DNA of 64,000 bases from Longimicrobiales bacterium (GTDB lineage: Bacteria > Gemmatimonadota > Gemmatimonadetes > Longimicrobiales > Gaopeijiaceae). The stretch lies in the NCBI GenBank assembly GCA_965249725.1, contig OZ252251.1:32001-96000 (forward strand), written 5' to 3'. The notes beneath the pieces are model-generated. The model had not been told where the DNA came from, ran no database searches, and saw nothing but the letters and a program-made list of their open reading frames with translations. A program made the translations under genes and the position numbers. Positions 1-10,188 of this stretch are shown piece after piece (position 1 is the stretch's first letter; every line of letters starts with the position of its first letter).

Positions 1-367
1 CGACCGCGAGGGACCCGCCCGCCACGAAGAACAGGTACCGGAAGTCGTCCGGCACGGCCAACTCACGGAAGGTCTTTACGAAGGCGGCGAACTCTTGGGA
101 ATAGATGTCGCTGTTGGCCGGGTTGGCGAGCGCGGCCGTCATGAGCGACTTCCGGAACCCCTCGTCCTCCATCTTGGCATGATTGTGGCCCACCGGTAGG
201 GTCGCGAAGTACCCATAGCAGTCCAGGAACTCCTTGCCCTCTAGGGCGTCGACAATGACCGCTCCGTGGGACTTCTCGAGGTCGATGACGACATGGAAGC
301 CGTCAACGAGGATGTTCTCTTTCAGGACCGGGAATACCTGGTCCGCGGGGACTCTGACTTCAGGCAT
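1..367 (-). CDS. lat: L-lysine 6-transaminase (class III aminotransferase), 5' part; runs off the window
   Basis: Manual translation from ATG 367: MPEVRVPADQVFPVLKENILVDGFHVVIDLEKSHG...LDCYGYFATLPVGHNH...ANPANSDIYS...YLFFVAGGSLAV, typical of the Lat N-terminus. GGAG RBS upstream. Not in the ORF track. Confidence 0.85.
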   Translation of the reverse strand, partial: MPEVRVPADQVFPVLKENILVDGFHVVIDLEKSHGAVIVDALEGKEFLDCYGYFATLPVGHNHAKMEDEGFRKSLMTAALANPANSDIYSQEFAAFVKTFRELAVPDDFRYLFFVAGGSLAV

Positions 368-687
368 GATGCACTCCACAGGAGTCGGGTTCGAAGGGCG
401 AACGATGTGAGAACCCGTGTCGCCGGGCGGCAACCTTCTACGACTCCTGCTACGACTCTCGGTTGACGCAGGCTCCCGGGTTAGTCCCCCTGGAGATTCG
501 GAGGTGCGAAGATGCCGGGGCGTTGGTCAAGAGGTCGTCGCGTCATGGTAACTCAATCTAGCGTCGAGCCGTGGAAGTTCGCGAGGCGCGCCCCGAGGTG
601 GAGGCGACCTCGGAGTGGGCACGTCCGACGCCCTGTCGTACCTTTTTACGATCTCGCAGGTCGAACCTCATCGAAGAGCCGGGGAGC

Positions 688-1062
688 ATGGAGGAATCAC
701 CGAACGGACCACAGACAGGAGCAGACGGTGAGGCGTCAGAGGCGGACGCCGCCGACGGCACCCTGGGCGGCTATCTGCAGGTCCATGACCGCCCTCCTGC
801 ATTCGAGGGCTCGGACGGACAACCCTACACGGTTTCCATCGAGGTCGAATCCGTCTCCAATCTTCTCGCGCCCTACATCGTCTACCTCGTCTTTCCCCGA
901 TGGGCCGAAACGGGCCTGGGCATCGTGGGACACGTGGAAACGCCCGTGCTATGGGAGGGCAAGGGACGCGACGAGGTGCTGAGCCGGGCGGAGGAACTCC
1001 CCCTCGTAGAGGTGAAGCGACTGCTCGACGAGGCCATTTCCCACACGAACGGACAGGGCTGA
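688..1062 (+). CDS. Hypothetical protein
   Basis: Part of ORF 571..1062. ATG 688 follows GGGGAG and the codon usage looks coding. No recognisable motif. Confidence 0.65.
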   Translation: MEESPNGPQTGADGEASEADAADGTLGGYLQVHDRPPAFEGSDGQPYTVSIEVESVSNLLAPYIVYLVFPRWAETGLGIVGHVETPVLWEGKGRDEVLSRAEELPLVEVKRLLDEAISHTNGQG

Positions 1063-1070
1063 GCCAACGA

Positions 1071-1280
1071 ATGCTGCGGAACGGACTGATACAGGCGTCC
1101 CTGGTCACGTCAGGATACAACGTGCGCGTCTACATCCCCAGCGGCGAAGCCTGGTACCCCTACCTGATGCGGCGCCTGGCGGAGCGGCCGGCGAACATGC
1201 TCTTCATGGCCGGCAGCGTGGTTCTGGAATCGCCCATGGGCTTCCTATGGCCCAAGAGATCCGCGAAGGGCGAGGCATGA
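1071..1280 (+). pseudogene. Proline dehydrogenase remnant (N-terminal 7 aa joined in frame to the C-terminal ~60 aa)
   Basis: MLRNGLI|QASLVTSGYNVRVYIPSGEAWYPYLMRRLAERPAN. The VRVY(I/V)PxGxxWYPY(F/L)MRRLAERPAN signature is the C-terminus of monofunctional ProDH (~300 aa); this ORF is 69 aa. Confidence 0.8.
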
Positions 1281-1954
1281 CCGAGGCCGGCGCGCCCTTC
1301 CTCCGGGTGACGGAGATCTTCCACTCCATCCAAGGCGAGTCCACCTGGACCGGGCTGCCTTGCACTTTCGTGCGTCTGACCGGATGCCCCCTGCGGTGCG
1401 TATGGTGCGACACGGAGTACGCCTTCCACGGGGGTGAGCCGCTTACGCTCGATGCCATCGTGGCGAAAGTGCGCTCGATCGGCACGAACCTGGTCGAGCT
1501 CACCGGTGGCGAACCGCTCGTGCATCCCAACGCGTTCCGTCTCGCCGAGATGCTCCTGAACGACGGATTCACCGTTCTCGTCGAAACGTCCGGATCGATC
1601 GATGTGGCCCCTCTGGACCCTCGGGCCCACAAGATCATGGACCTCAAGTGCCCCGGGTCGGGCGAAGTCGCCAAGAACCTCTGGGAGAATCTGGACCAAC
1701 TGACCCCGCGCGACGAGGTGAAGTTCGTCGTAGCCGACCGCACCGACTACGAGTGGACCCGAAATGTCATCCGCGAGCGAGAGCTGGACCGCCGGTTGAA
1801 CGAGGGCCAGTTGGGTGCGCTCCTGGTTTCACCCGTGTGGGACGGGCTCGACCCGGCGGATTTGGCCCGCTGGATTCTCGAAGATCATCTTCCCGTCCGC
1901 CTCCAGACCCAGCTCCACAAGCACATTTGGGACCCCGCCACCCGAGGCGTTTGA
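1277..1954 (+). CDS. queE: 7-carboxy-7-deazaguanine synthase-like radical SAM protein
   Basis: EIFHSIQGE, FVRLTGCPLRCVWCDT (CxxxCxxC), LTGGEPL, VETSG, QLHKHIW. Confidence 0.88.
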   Translation: MTEAGAPFLRVTEIFHSIQGESTWTGLPCTFVRLTGCPLRCVWCDTEYAFHGGEPLTLDAIVAKVRSIGTNLVELTGGEPLVHPNAFRLAEMLLNDGFTVLVETSGSIDVAPLDPRAHKIMDLKCPGSGEVAKNLWENLDQLTPRDEVKFVVADRTDYEWTRNVIRERELDRRLNEGQLGALLVSPVWDGLDPADLARWILEDHLPVRLQTQLHKHIWDPATRGV

Positions 1955-2566
1955 GTGGCTATCCATCAGGCACCTCCCGACGCCCGCCTCCAGCGGCTGA
2001 TGAGCCTTCTTTCAGGAGAAGAATGGGCCGCACACGATCCCCGGCCCCCCGAGGGGCACGCCGAGGCCGCCGTCTCGCTGATTCTCCGAACCGCCACCGA
2101 GCTGGAACTGCTCCTGATCAAGCGTGCGGAGTCGGAGCGGGACCCGTGGTCGGGGCACATGGCGCTCCCCGGAGGGCGAAGGGAGTCGATCGATCCCGAC
2201 TTGGCCGGCACGGCCATTCGGGAGACCGCCGAGGAGACGGGCGTACAACTGCGCTCCTTCGGGTGGCCCCTGGGTCGGTTGGACCAAGTGTCGCCGACCA
2301 GCAAGCGTCTTCCACGCCTCACGATCGTACCTTACGTCTTCGGCGTCCCCGACCAGGTTTCGGCCTCCGTGAATTCCCCCGAGATCGAGTCGGTGATGTG
2401 GGTGGAGTTGTCCACGCTCCGTGATCCCGCCACCCTCGGCACGACCACGATCGACCTACCCGGAGGGTCGAAGGCGTTCCCGTGTTTTCAGGTCGGCGGG
2501 CACGCCGTGTGGGGATTGACGTTCCACATCCTCACCGGCTTCCTGGAGGTCTTCGAAAGGCCCTAG
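1955..2566 (+). CDS. Nudix hydrolase, CoA pyrophosphatase family
   Basis: LLLIKRA, WSGHMALPGG, AIRETAEETG Nudix box, VWGLT. Confidence 0.88.
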   Translation: MAIHQAPPDARLQRLMSLLSGEEWAAHDPRPPEGHAEAAVSLILRTATELELLLIKRAESERDPWSGHMALPGGRRESIDPDLAGTAIRETAEETGVQLRSFGWPLGRLDQVSPTSKRLPRLTIVPYVFGVPDQVSASVNSPEIESVMWVELSTLRDPATLGTTTIDLPGGSKAFPCFQVGGHAVWGLTFHILTGFLEVFERP

Positions 2567-3642
2567 TCCACCCACTCCGCGATGAAGACGTTGGTCTCGC
2601 CCTCCTGGGCTTGGTTCCGATTGGACCCCCACACCAGATAGCGACCATCCGGGCTGAAGACGGGAAATCCGTCGAAGCCGGCCGCATAGGTGATTCGCTC
2701 CAGACCCGAACCGTCCTCGTCGACCATATAGAGGTCGAAGTCACGACCGGTGGGATCATCCATGTTCGAAGCGAAGATGATCTTGTCACCCGTCGGGTGC
2801 CAAAACGGGCCGAAGTTCGCCCCTCCGTTGTGCGTGATCTCCGTCTGCTCCGAGCCATCGGCGTTCATCACGAAGATCTCCAGCGTGCTCGGCCGAATGA
2901 GACCGTCGGCAAGCAGAGACGTGTAGTCCTCCACCTCTTCCGGGTCCGTTGGACGGTGGGCCCGGTAGACGATCTTCGACCCGTCCGGCGAATAGAAAGG
3001 TCCGCCGTCATAGCCCATGGTGTCGGTGAGCCGCTGGACGTCCGAGCCGTCCGGCGCCATGGAGTAGATATCCAGATCGCCGTCACGCATCGACGTAAAC
3101 ACCACGCGATCCCCGACGGGCGAGAAGGTGGCCTCTGCGTCGTACCCGAACGAATCCGTCAGCTGCGTGAGATTCGACCCGTCCGAGTCAGCCATGAAGA
3201 TGTCGAAGCTGGGGTACACCGCCCAGACATATCCACGAGAAAAGTCCGGAACGGCCGGGCAGGCCGTTGAGAAATGATGGGTCGAGGAATAGAGGATCTT
3301 GTCGCCGGCAGGATAGTAGTACGAGCACGTCGTCCGACCCTGGCCGGTGCTCAGCATCTGCACGTCGCTTCCGTCGAGCGACATTGTGTAGATTTGATCG
3401 CACCCGCCGCTCCGCGGCGTCGACTGGAAGATCAGCCGGGTGCCGTCGAACGAGAAGTAGGCCTCGGCGTTCTCGCCCTCGAAGGTGAGTTGGCGAACGT
3501 TCCGCAGGTGCACTTCCTGCGCTTCCCGGAGCGGGTCGAGCCCGGAGTCGCGGTCCGCAGAGGGCGGAGCCGCATCGGCGGCGGTAAATATGAGGGACGC
3601 CATCATGCCGGCGGCGGTAACCGGCTTTATGAGGGAAAACAT
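2563..3642 (-). CDS. Exported TolB-like beta-propeller (PD40 repeats)
   Basis: Signal peptide; repeated AYFSFDG / ATFSPVG / FYSPDG / FSPDG motifs. Confidence 0.85.
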   Translation of the reverse strand: MFSLIKPVTAAGMMASLIFTAADAAPPSADRDSGLDPLREAQEVHLRNVRQLTFEGENAEAYFSFDGTRLIFQSTPRSGGCDQIYTMSLDGSDVQMLSTGQGRTTCSYYYPAGDKILYSSTHHFSTACPAVPDFSRGYVWAVYPSFDIFMADSDGSNLTQLTDSFGYDAEATFSPVGDRVVFTSMRDGDLDIYSMAPDGSDVQRLTDTMGYDGGPFYSPDGSKIVYRAHRPTDPEEVEDYTSLLADGLIRPSTLEIFVMNADGSEQTEITHNGGANFGPFWHPTGDKIIFASNMDDPTGRDFDLYMVDEDGSGLERITYAAGFDGFPVFSPDGRYLVWGSNRNQAQEGETNVFIAEWVD

Positions 3643-3667
3643 TCACTGTCCTCCAAGAGGATGATCA

Positions 3668-5437
3668 ATGTCTAAGTCGTTGATGGTCACCGCAGCGCTG
3701 GCAGGCTGTCTCAGCCTGGCGAACCCTGTCGGACTAGCAGCCCAAGAATGTCCAGAAGTCCAGCGCCCCTCCCGTGAGTCCGTCGGACCGATGGCACACA
3801 TAAGGTACCTGGCGGACGACGCGCTAGAGGGACGCGAGGTCGGCTCCCGCGGAGCCCGCTGCGCCGGAGAGTACATCGCCAGCCACTTCGAGGCCTACGG
3901 ACTCGAGGGGGCCGGAACGGACGGCAGTTACTTCCAGAGCTTCGAGATTCGTGCGGGCTCAGCCCTGGCAGACGGCAATGAACTCCGTCTCGACGAGGCA
4001 AGCTACCCCGTCGGATCGGACTGGATCCCGTTCGGATACGCCGCATCCGATGCCATCACCTCTGATCTGATCTACGGCGGAGACGGCATCAATCGACCGG
4101 ACCGGCCCAACAACATCTATCCGACCCTCGCACTGGAGCACCGCATCGTCGTCGTAGAGGACGGCGACCTGGCGGGAGGTTCCAGCCGAGCGCTGCAAGC
4201 CGATCCTCATTTCAAGGCGTCGGTGGCCGCCGGCCGGGGAGCGTTCGGGTTCATCGTGCTCCTAGGAGACGACCGTGAACTACCTGTTCTGTTCGCCGAA
4301 ACCAGAGCCGCGCTTCGTATTCCCGTAGCCGCGGTACGAGGTGAGGCTGCAGACCGGATTCGGCAGGCCGCCCGCGCCGGTGCGACCGCGACGCTCCGGA
4401 CATCCGTGGCCCCCCGCACGGCAGAGGCCCGCAACGTGGTCGCACTTCTCCCGGGGTCCGACCCGACCTTGGCCGACGAACTCGTGATTGTTGGTGCGCA
4501 CTACGATCACCTGGGATTCGGAGGCGACGGCTCACTGGATCCCGACGCGATGGGCGTGGTTCACAACGGAGCCGATGACAACGCGAGCGGGTCCGCGGCG
4601 CTCATCGAGGTTGCACAGCGACTGTCGCAGGGCTCCCGACGCCCTGCCCGCTCGGTGTTGTTCCTCGGCTTCACCGGCGAGGAGAAGGGCCTGTGGGGCT
4701 CGGCATACTACGTGAGGAATCCGCTCATCCCCAACGAACGTTCGACGGCCATGCTGAACATGGACATGGTAGGCCGCCTGGAGGGCCGCACGCTCACGGT
4801 GATGGGAGTGGGCACCGCCGAGGAGTGGACGGACGTTCTCACCAAAGCGAATCAAGCGCGGGACCAGCCCCTGAGCATCGCCACCGCTCCAGACGGCTTC
4901 GGCCCCTCGGACCACTCCTCCTTCTACGGTGAGGGAATCCCCGTCCTGCACTTCTTCTCCAACACCCACGAGGACTATCACCGGCCTTCCGACGACTTCG
5001 AGAAGATCGACGCCGAGGGCCTCGAGGACATCCTCGAACTAGTGACCGAGGTGGCCCTGGCTGTGGCGGGTGAGGAGGGGTCGGACGAGAGGATCGCGAT
5101 TACCCCCACCGAGGCGGTCGAGACTCCGGCCCACGGTGAGGTGTCGTCGAGCTCGAGTTCGAGTGGTGGATACGGGCCCTACCTGGGATCGATCCCCGAT
5201 ATGGTGCCCACGGACTTCGGGCTGCGCCTGTCCGGCGTCCGCGAAGGCAGTCCGGCCCAAGAGGGCGGGCTCCGGAAGGGTGACGTGGTCATCGAGTTCG
5301 GCGGGAAGGAAGTCGGTGACATCTACGCCTACACCTACGCGCTCCGGGAGCACGCTCCGGGTGACGAGGTGGACATAATAGTGCTGCGGGACGGCGCCAG
5401 GGTAACGCTGACGGTCACTCTGGGAGACCGGCGCTAG
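3668..5437 (+). CDS. Exported M28 peptidase with PA and C-terminal PDZ domains
   Basis: GAHYDHLG, NGADDNASG, FTGEEKGL, NMDMVG, SDH, YHRPSDD; PDZ YLGSIPD...SPAQEGGLRKGDVV. Confidence 0.9.
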   Translation: MSKSLMVTAALAGCLSLANPVGLAAQECPEVQRPSRESVGPMAHIRYLADDALEGREVGSRGARCAGEYIASHFEAYGLEGAGTDGSYFQSFEIRAGSALADGNELRLDEASYPVGSDWIPFGYAASDAITSDLIYGGDGINRPDRPNNIYPTLALEHRIVVVEDGDLAGGSSRALQADPHFKASVAAGRGAFGFIVLLGDDRELPVLFAETRAALRIPVAAVRGEAADRIRQAARAGATATLRTSVAPRTAEARNVVALLPGSDPTLADELVIVGAHYDHLGFGGDGSLDPDAMGVVHNGADDNASGSAALIEVAQRLSQGSRRPARSVLFLGFTGEEKGLWGSAYYVRNPLIPNERSTAMLNMDMVGRLEGRTLTVMGVGTAEEWTDVLTKANQARDQPLSIATAPDGFGPSDHSSFYGEGIPVLHFFSNTHEDYHRPSDDFEKIDAEGLEDILELVTEVALAVAGEEGSDERIAITPTEAVETPAHGEVSSSSSSSGGYGPYLGSIPDMVPTDFGLRLSGVREGSPAQEGGLRKGDVVIEFGGKEVGDIYAYTYALREHAPGDEVDIIVLRDGARVTLTVTLGDRR

Positions 5438-5467
5438 AAGGACGGGCCGGGCCAACGCCGACGGACA

Positions 5468-5517
5468 TCCCAGGTCGGCGGTGGTCCCAGGTCGGCGGTG
5501 GTCCAGGATCGGCGTGG
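5468..5517. repeat. 17-bp tandem repeat (TCCCAGGTCGGCGGTGG x2 plus a degenerate copy) between convergent genes
   Basis: Read directly from the sequence. Confidence 0.75.
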
Positions 5518-5525
5518 CGGGCTCG

Positions 5526-8036
5526 TCAGTCGGCGTCCGTAACCTTCCCTCCGAGCAGGTCCAGCTGGCCGGGCGAGCCCTCAGTAGCCGGCTCCCGACG
5601 TGCTCCGGCCTCTCCGTAGGCCCGCGTCACCTCCACCACCCTGTCGCCACCCTTCAGTTTCATCAGCCGACGCCCTTGGGTCCGTCGCCCCTGCGCCGGC
5701 ACGTCATCGACCACCAATCGCGTGACCTGGCCACCAGCGGTGACGATCATGACCTCGTCGCCCTCCAACACTTCGAGCGCAGACACGAGCGCACTCTCGT
5801 CGCCCGTCGGAACCGCCATGGTGCCTAGCCCGCCCCGTTTCTGGAGTGGAAAATCACTCACCTCAGTCCGCTTTCCGAGTCCCTCCTCGGTAACGCTCAT
5901 CACCCAAGCATCCCGGCGAATGAGGAGCAGCCCCACGACGATGTCCCCCTTCTTCAGATCGATTCCCTTCACACCCTGAGCCGTCCGCCCGAGCACGGAG
6001 AGGTCCGACTCGGGAAAGCGAATGGCTCTTCCCGACTTCGTTATGAGCATCACTTCTCCCGTCCCGTCAGAGAGCCGGACGTCGAGTACTCGGTCTCCGT
6101 CCTTCACACCCGAGGCGATCATTCCGCCGGCGCGCGGATTTCCGAACTCTGAGAGCTTGGTCCGCTTCATGACACCCTTCTCGGAGACGAACACGACCTC
6201 GCGCTCGGCACTCAGGTCATCCGCTGCCACCATGGTCACGATGGCATCACCACGGTCCGCCCGGGTCAACGCGTAGATGGACTGGCCCCTGGACGCCCTT
6301 CCTCCTTCGGGCACGTCCAGGACCGGAAGGAAGTGGACATGCCCTCCCTCGGTAAACGCGAGAAGCCATCCCTGCGTTCGCGCGACGAATATCCGTTCCA
6401 GGTAGTCGTCCTCGAAGCGCTCCATTCCGGCCAGAGCCTTCCCTGAGGACACGCGGCGACGGTAGAGGTGCATGGGGATGCGCTTGATGAATCCTTCGTG
6501 GCTCACCGTGATGACCACGTCTTCGTCCGCCACCGTGTCCTCCACGGCGACCTCCTCGGACTCATCGTCCTCCAAGATCACCGTGCGCCTATCGTCCCCG
6601 TACTTCTCGACGAGCTCATCGAGCTCCTCGAGCATGATCTCCAGCTTCCGGGCCTCGCTCTTGAGAATGCCCTTCAGCTCCTTGATGGTCGCCTTGAGCT
6701 CCTTGAGTCGCTTCTTGAGCTGGTCCTGCTCGAGGGCCGTGAGCTTGGCGAGACGCATGTTGAGAATGGCGTCGGCCTGGGTATCAGAAAGGCCCAGCAA
6801 GTCTCGTAGCCTCTCCGAGGCCTCCGATCGGTCCTTGGACTTCCGGATGATAGAGATGACCTCGTCGATGGCGTCGAGCGCCGCCACGAGCCCCTCCACG
6901 ATGTGCTTCTCCGCCTCGGCATGCTCCAGGTCGTGACGTGACCGCCTCTGGATGACCTCGATGCGATGGTCCCTGAAGCGCTCGAGGAGCTCGAGGAGTG
7001 TGAACTCCTTCGGCTCCCCACCATCGAGAGCAATCATGATGGCCCCGAAGGTGGACTGGAGGCTGGTCCTCTTGTGGAGGAGCTGGATCACCTTGGCGGC
7101 GATCGCTCCCCTCTTCAGCTCGACAACGAGCCGCAGTCCGTCGCGGTCCGACTCGTCGCGGATGTCTGAGATTTCGTCGGCTCGGCCCTTCCGTGCGAGG
7201 TCGGCAATCTGGTGAATGATCCGCGACTTGGAGACGGCGTAGGGAAGCTCTGTGACGACGAGCTGCTCCCTGCCACCCCTGAGGGCCTCCTTGACGATCC
7301 GGGCCCGCATGACGATCCGGCCTCGGCCCTTCTCGTACATATTGCGGATCCCGTCTCGGCCGACGACGAACCCACCGGTGGGAAAATCAGGACCCGGCAG
7401 GTGGCGCATCAAGACGTCCAACGACGGCTCCGGTTCTTCGATCAGAGCCCTGAGGGCGGAGGCCACTTCACGGAGGTTGTGAGGGGGAACGTTCGTGCTC
7501 AGTCCCACTGCGATCCCCGACGAGCCGTTGATCAGCAGGTTCGGCACCCGCGAAGGCAGAACGGTCGGCTCGGTTCGCTGGCCATCGAAGTTCTCAGCGA
7601 CCTCGACGGTCTCCTTCTCGATATCGGCCAGAATCTCCTCGGAGATCAGCGCGAGCTTGGCCTCGGTGTACCGGTACGCCGCAGCCGAGTCCCCGTCGAT
7701 CGAACCGAAGTTGCCCTGTCCGTCCACGAGTGGATACCGAAGCGAGAAGTCCTGAACCATACGGACCAACGCGTCGTAGACGGCCGAGTCTCCGTGGGGG
7801 TGATACTTGCCGAGCACGTCTCCGACCACCGTCGCGCATTTCTTATAGGGTCGATCCGGCCTCAGTCCCAATTCGTGCATGGCGAAGAGAATCCGCCGGT
7901 GAACGGGCTTCAGCCCGTCCCGCACATCCGGCAGAGCCCTCTGCACGATCACGCTCATGGAGTAGTCGAGGAATGATTCACGCATCTCCTCCTCGATGAG
8001 CCTCGGGAGGATGCGCTCGCGGGTCTGGGCCGTCAT
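5526..8036 (-). CDS. gyrA: Type IIA topoisomerase subunit A (GyrA/ParC paralogue lacking a canonical GyrA-box)
   Basis: [36 protein letters not shown] with the catalytic Tyr, six-bladed pinwheel CTD. ATG 8036 follows an AGGAG RBS. Confidence 0.85.
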   Translation of the reverse strand: MTAQTRERILPRLIEEEMRESFLDYSMSVIVQRALPDVRDGLKPVHRRILFAMHELGLRPDRPYKKCATVVGDVLGKYHPHGDSAVYDALVRMVQDFSLRYPLVDGQGNFGSIDGDSAAAYRYTEAKLALISEEILADIEKETVEVAENFDGQRTEPTVLPSRVPNLLINGSSGIAVGLSTNVPPHNLREVASALRALIEEPEPSLDVLMRHLPGPDFPTGGFVVGRDGIRNMYEKGRGRIVMRARIVKEALRGGREQLVVTELPYAVSKSRIIHQIADLARKGRADEISDIRDESDRDGLRLVVELKRGAIAAKVIQLLHKRTSLQSTFGAIMIALDGGEPKEFTLLELLERFRDHRIEVIQRRSRHDLEHAEAEKHIVEGLVAALDAIDEVISIIRKSKDRSEASERLRDLLGLSDTQADAILNMRLAKLTALEQDQLKKRLKELKATIKELKGILKSEARKLEIMLEELDELVEKYGDDRRTVILEDDESEEVAVEDTVADEDVVITVSHEGFIKRIPMHLYRRRVSSGKALAGMERFEDDYLERIFVARTQGWLLAFTEGGHVHFLPVLDVPEGGRASRGQSIYALTRADRGDAIVTMVAADDLSAEREVVFVSEKGVMKRTKLSEFGNPRAGGMIASGVKDGDRVLDVRLSDGTGEVMLITKSGRAIRFPESDLSVLGRTAQGVKGIDLKKGDIVVGLLLIRRDAWVMSVTEEGLGKRTEVSDFPLQKRGGLGTMAVPTGDESALVSALEVLEGDEVMIVTAGGQVTRLVVDDVPAQGRRTQGRRLMKLKGGDRVVEVTRAYGEAGARREPATEGSPGQLDLLGGKVTDAD

Positions 8037-8137
8037 CACAACTCCTGCTGAGCCGAAGGCAAAGCGAAAATGGGCGCCTGATGACGCCACGTTGGGCGTA
8101 CGATCTCAGGTTCGCCGAGGCAAATCAAGCCGGGATC

Positions 8138-8175
8138 AAAAGGAAGAGCCGCGAGTCCTTTTCGACTCACGGCTC
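8138..8175 (-). terminator. Intrinsic terminator after the sigma/anti-sigma operon
   Basis: Minus strand: GAGCCGTGAGTC-GAAAAG-GACTCGCGGCTC followed by TTCCTTTT. Confidence 0.7.
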
Positions 8176-8205
8176 TCAGGTCCGTATAGGGACGAAGGCA
8201 GGGGA

Positions 8206-8523
8206 TCAGCCTCCCTGGGCGCCCCCCTCGGCCAACGCCTGGAGTATGCGTCCCTTCATCTCCTCGGAGGCACGCCCGTCCTTCTGCGAGCGTCCCAGGG
8301 CCTCGATGAAGTGCTTCTCGAACTGAGCCCTCGGGTAGCATGCCTTGCAGACGTCCAAGTGCCGGCGCACCTCTTCCTCCGATATGCCGTCCAACTCACC
8401 ATCCAGGTATTCGAATAGCCTGGCGGACGCCTCGTCACACGAGATCATTCCCCCCGCGGGCTCGCCGCCGTTGCCCTTCGCGGAAAGCCCGAGCAGTCGT
8501 TTCAGCCTCTCGAAAGCACTCAC
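8206..8523 (-). CDS. Zinc-binding anti-sigma factor (ZAS / zf-HC2)
   Basis: ISCDEA...LFEYLDGEL...HLDVCKAC (HxxxCxxC); directly downstream of an ECF sigma. Confidence 0.88.
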   Translation of the reverse strand: MSAFERLKRLLGLSAKGNGGEPAGGMISCDEASARLFEYLDGELDGISEEEVRRHLDVCKACYPRAQFEKHFIEALGRSQKDGRASEEMKGRILQALAEGGAQGG

Positions 8524-9135
8524 CTAAGCGTCCCCCACTGCTTCGGAGATGTATCCCATCTCCACGGCATATGCATGGAGTCGATCCTGGAGCTGTCTGC
8601 GGCCCCTGAACAGTCGACTCTTAACAGTCCCGACCGGAATCTCCATGATCTCGGCTATCTCGTTGTATGAAAGGTCCTCGAGGTCAGATAGCACCACGGC
8701 CACCCTGTACTCGTCGGGCAGATCATCGATGGCGCGAAGAATCTCGTCGTCGACGATCGAACTGAAGAACTCACCCTCTGGATCGGCACCCTTGGAGGCT
8801 GCGAACACCGGAGCTTCTCGGGACAGAGCCTTGGGATCCTCGTAGGCCGTCTCCGTCAGGATCTCGTCGTGGCGTTGTCCCCGCTCTCGCTTCCGGAGGA
8901 ACACGTTCCTGCAGATGGTGAAGAGCCAGCTCTTGCATCGCGTTCCCGGCGTGTACTGCTCCCAAGCTCTGAAGGCTCGGAAATAGGTGTCCTGTACCAG
9001 GTCCTCCGCGCCATCCTGGGTTCCAGCCAGACGGAGGGCGAACCTGTACACGGCATCCATATGGGGGATCGCTTCCTCGAGGAAGCTCGCCCCCTGCTGG
9101 TTCACGTCGTTCGGAAGTGGTTCGCTGCTCGTCAC
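8524..9135 (-). CDS. ECF RNA polymerase sigma factor (SigH/SigR-like)
   Basis: AEDLVQDTY, KSWLFTICRN, LSYNEIAEIMEIPVGTVKSRLFRGR. Confidence 0.92.
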   Translation of the reverse strand: MTSSEPLPNDVNQQGASFLEEAIPHMDAVYRFALRLAGTQDGAEDLVQDTYFRAFRAWEQYTPGTRCKSWLFTICRNVFLRKRERGQRHDEILTETAYEDPKALSREAPVFAASKGADPEGEFFSSIVDDEILRAIDDLPDEYRVAVVLSDLEDLSYNEIAEIMEIPVGTVKSRLFRGRRQLQDRLHAYAVEMGYISEAVGDA

Positions 9136-9192
9136 AGGTCTCGGCGCAGAGTGATGCAGAATGAAGACACGGTGAAGCTAGTTGGTTCCAGA

Positions 9193-9615
9193 TCAGTCCG
9201 GAAAGACGAACTCCCTAGCCAACTCGTCGGTGACCGGCCCCTCGGTCACCAGTTCGATCAGGGCCTGCATCTCCCGACCGAGATCTTCGAGACGTGACAG
9301 CACTGAGAAGGCGTGCGCGAAATCGAAGTACGCTGCGACCGCTCCTTCGTGCGCGGGATGGGTGGTCGTGACGGTGGACTCCATCTCCTCTCGGAGGAGC
9401 TCTACGATGACCGCCACCGTCGCACGGAGGGCCCGCTGCTCAGCGAGCGTCCCGATGGACAAGTCGCCGCTCAGGTGGGGGAGGAGGGCGGCAACCCGCT
9501 CGCATACCTCAGGTGGGGCGGCAACGATCCCTGCTTCCGGCGCGTAGCCGTCGAGGATCTGCCTGGCACCAGCCTTCAGTGCCGTCAGTTCCTCGAAGTT
9601 GCAGTGCACGATCAC
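9193..9615 (-). CDS. Hypothetical helical protein
   Basis: 140-aa ORF with a GGGAG RBS, co-oriented with its neighbours. Confidence 0.7.
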   Translation of the reverse strand: MIVHCNFEELTALKAGARQILDGYAPEAGIVAAPPEVCERVAALLPHLSGDLSIGTLAEQRALRATVAVIVELLREEMESTVTTTHPAHEGAVAAYFDFAHAFSVLSRLEDLGREMQALIELVTEGPVTDELAREFVFPD

Positions 9616-9743
9616 GGCTCGCTCCCCGTTGCTGGGCTTCCCCCTCCTTATCTACATATTTCATGGCGTGATTGTTTCTGCAAGCACAGCGTTCAGTTCA
9701 GGGTTCAAGCACGGTGCTTTGGCCCAGTGTGCTAGCCCAGGCT

Positions 9744-10160
9744 TCAAGCAAGAGCGCCCCGGAGCTTCGGAGGTCCGTCGACGACCAGAGGAATGGAGAC
9801 GTGGTGTTCTCCGTCGACCTTGACGTCGAAGCTGTAGCGACCGGGCTCCGGGAACACGAGTCCGTCGAGATTGAGAACATGAGGGACCCGGATGCCCTCT
9901 CCCGCATCCGAGCCACCCCCGAGCTGCATCTCTCCGTTCAACGACAGCACCTCAGCCCCGTCCGGATCCGAGAGACGGATCTCCATCTCGTGCGTCCCCA
10001 TCTCCGAGGTGCCGGCGGTAAGACGCAGCACGAGCGCGATGCGTCCGTGCTGGGCCGGGAACTGGCTCACGCCGATACGATCGAAGACGCCCAGGATGTT
10101 CATCTTCCCGGTAGCATCGATCGTGGCGGCGTCGGCCAGCAGAGCCAGATCTACCTCCAT
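9744..10160 (-). CDS. DUF6941-like beta-sandwich protein
   Basis: MEVDLALLADAA...GKMNILGVFDRI...FPEPGRYSF; ATG 10160 follows GGGAGA. Confidence 0.7.
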   Translation of the reverse strand: MEVDLALLADAATIDATGKMNILGVFDRIGVSQFPAQHGRIALVLRLTAGTSEMGTHEMEIRLSDPDGAEVLSLNGEMQLGGGSDAGEGIRVPHVLNLDGLVFPEPGRYSFDVKVDGEHHVSIPLVVDGPPKLRGALA

Positions 10161-10188
10161 GTCATCTCCCTTACCCGATTCGGCGGAC

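Noticed and set aside
1277..1954. queE as part of a 7-deazaguanine DNA modification (dpd) cluster
   Set aside because: No queC, queD, folE or dpdA genes are nearby.
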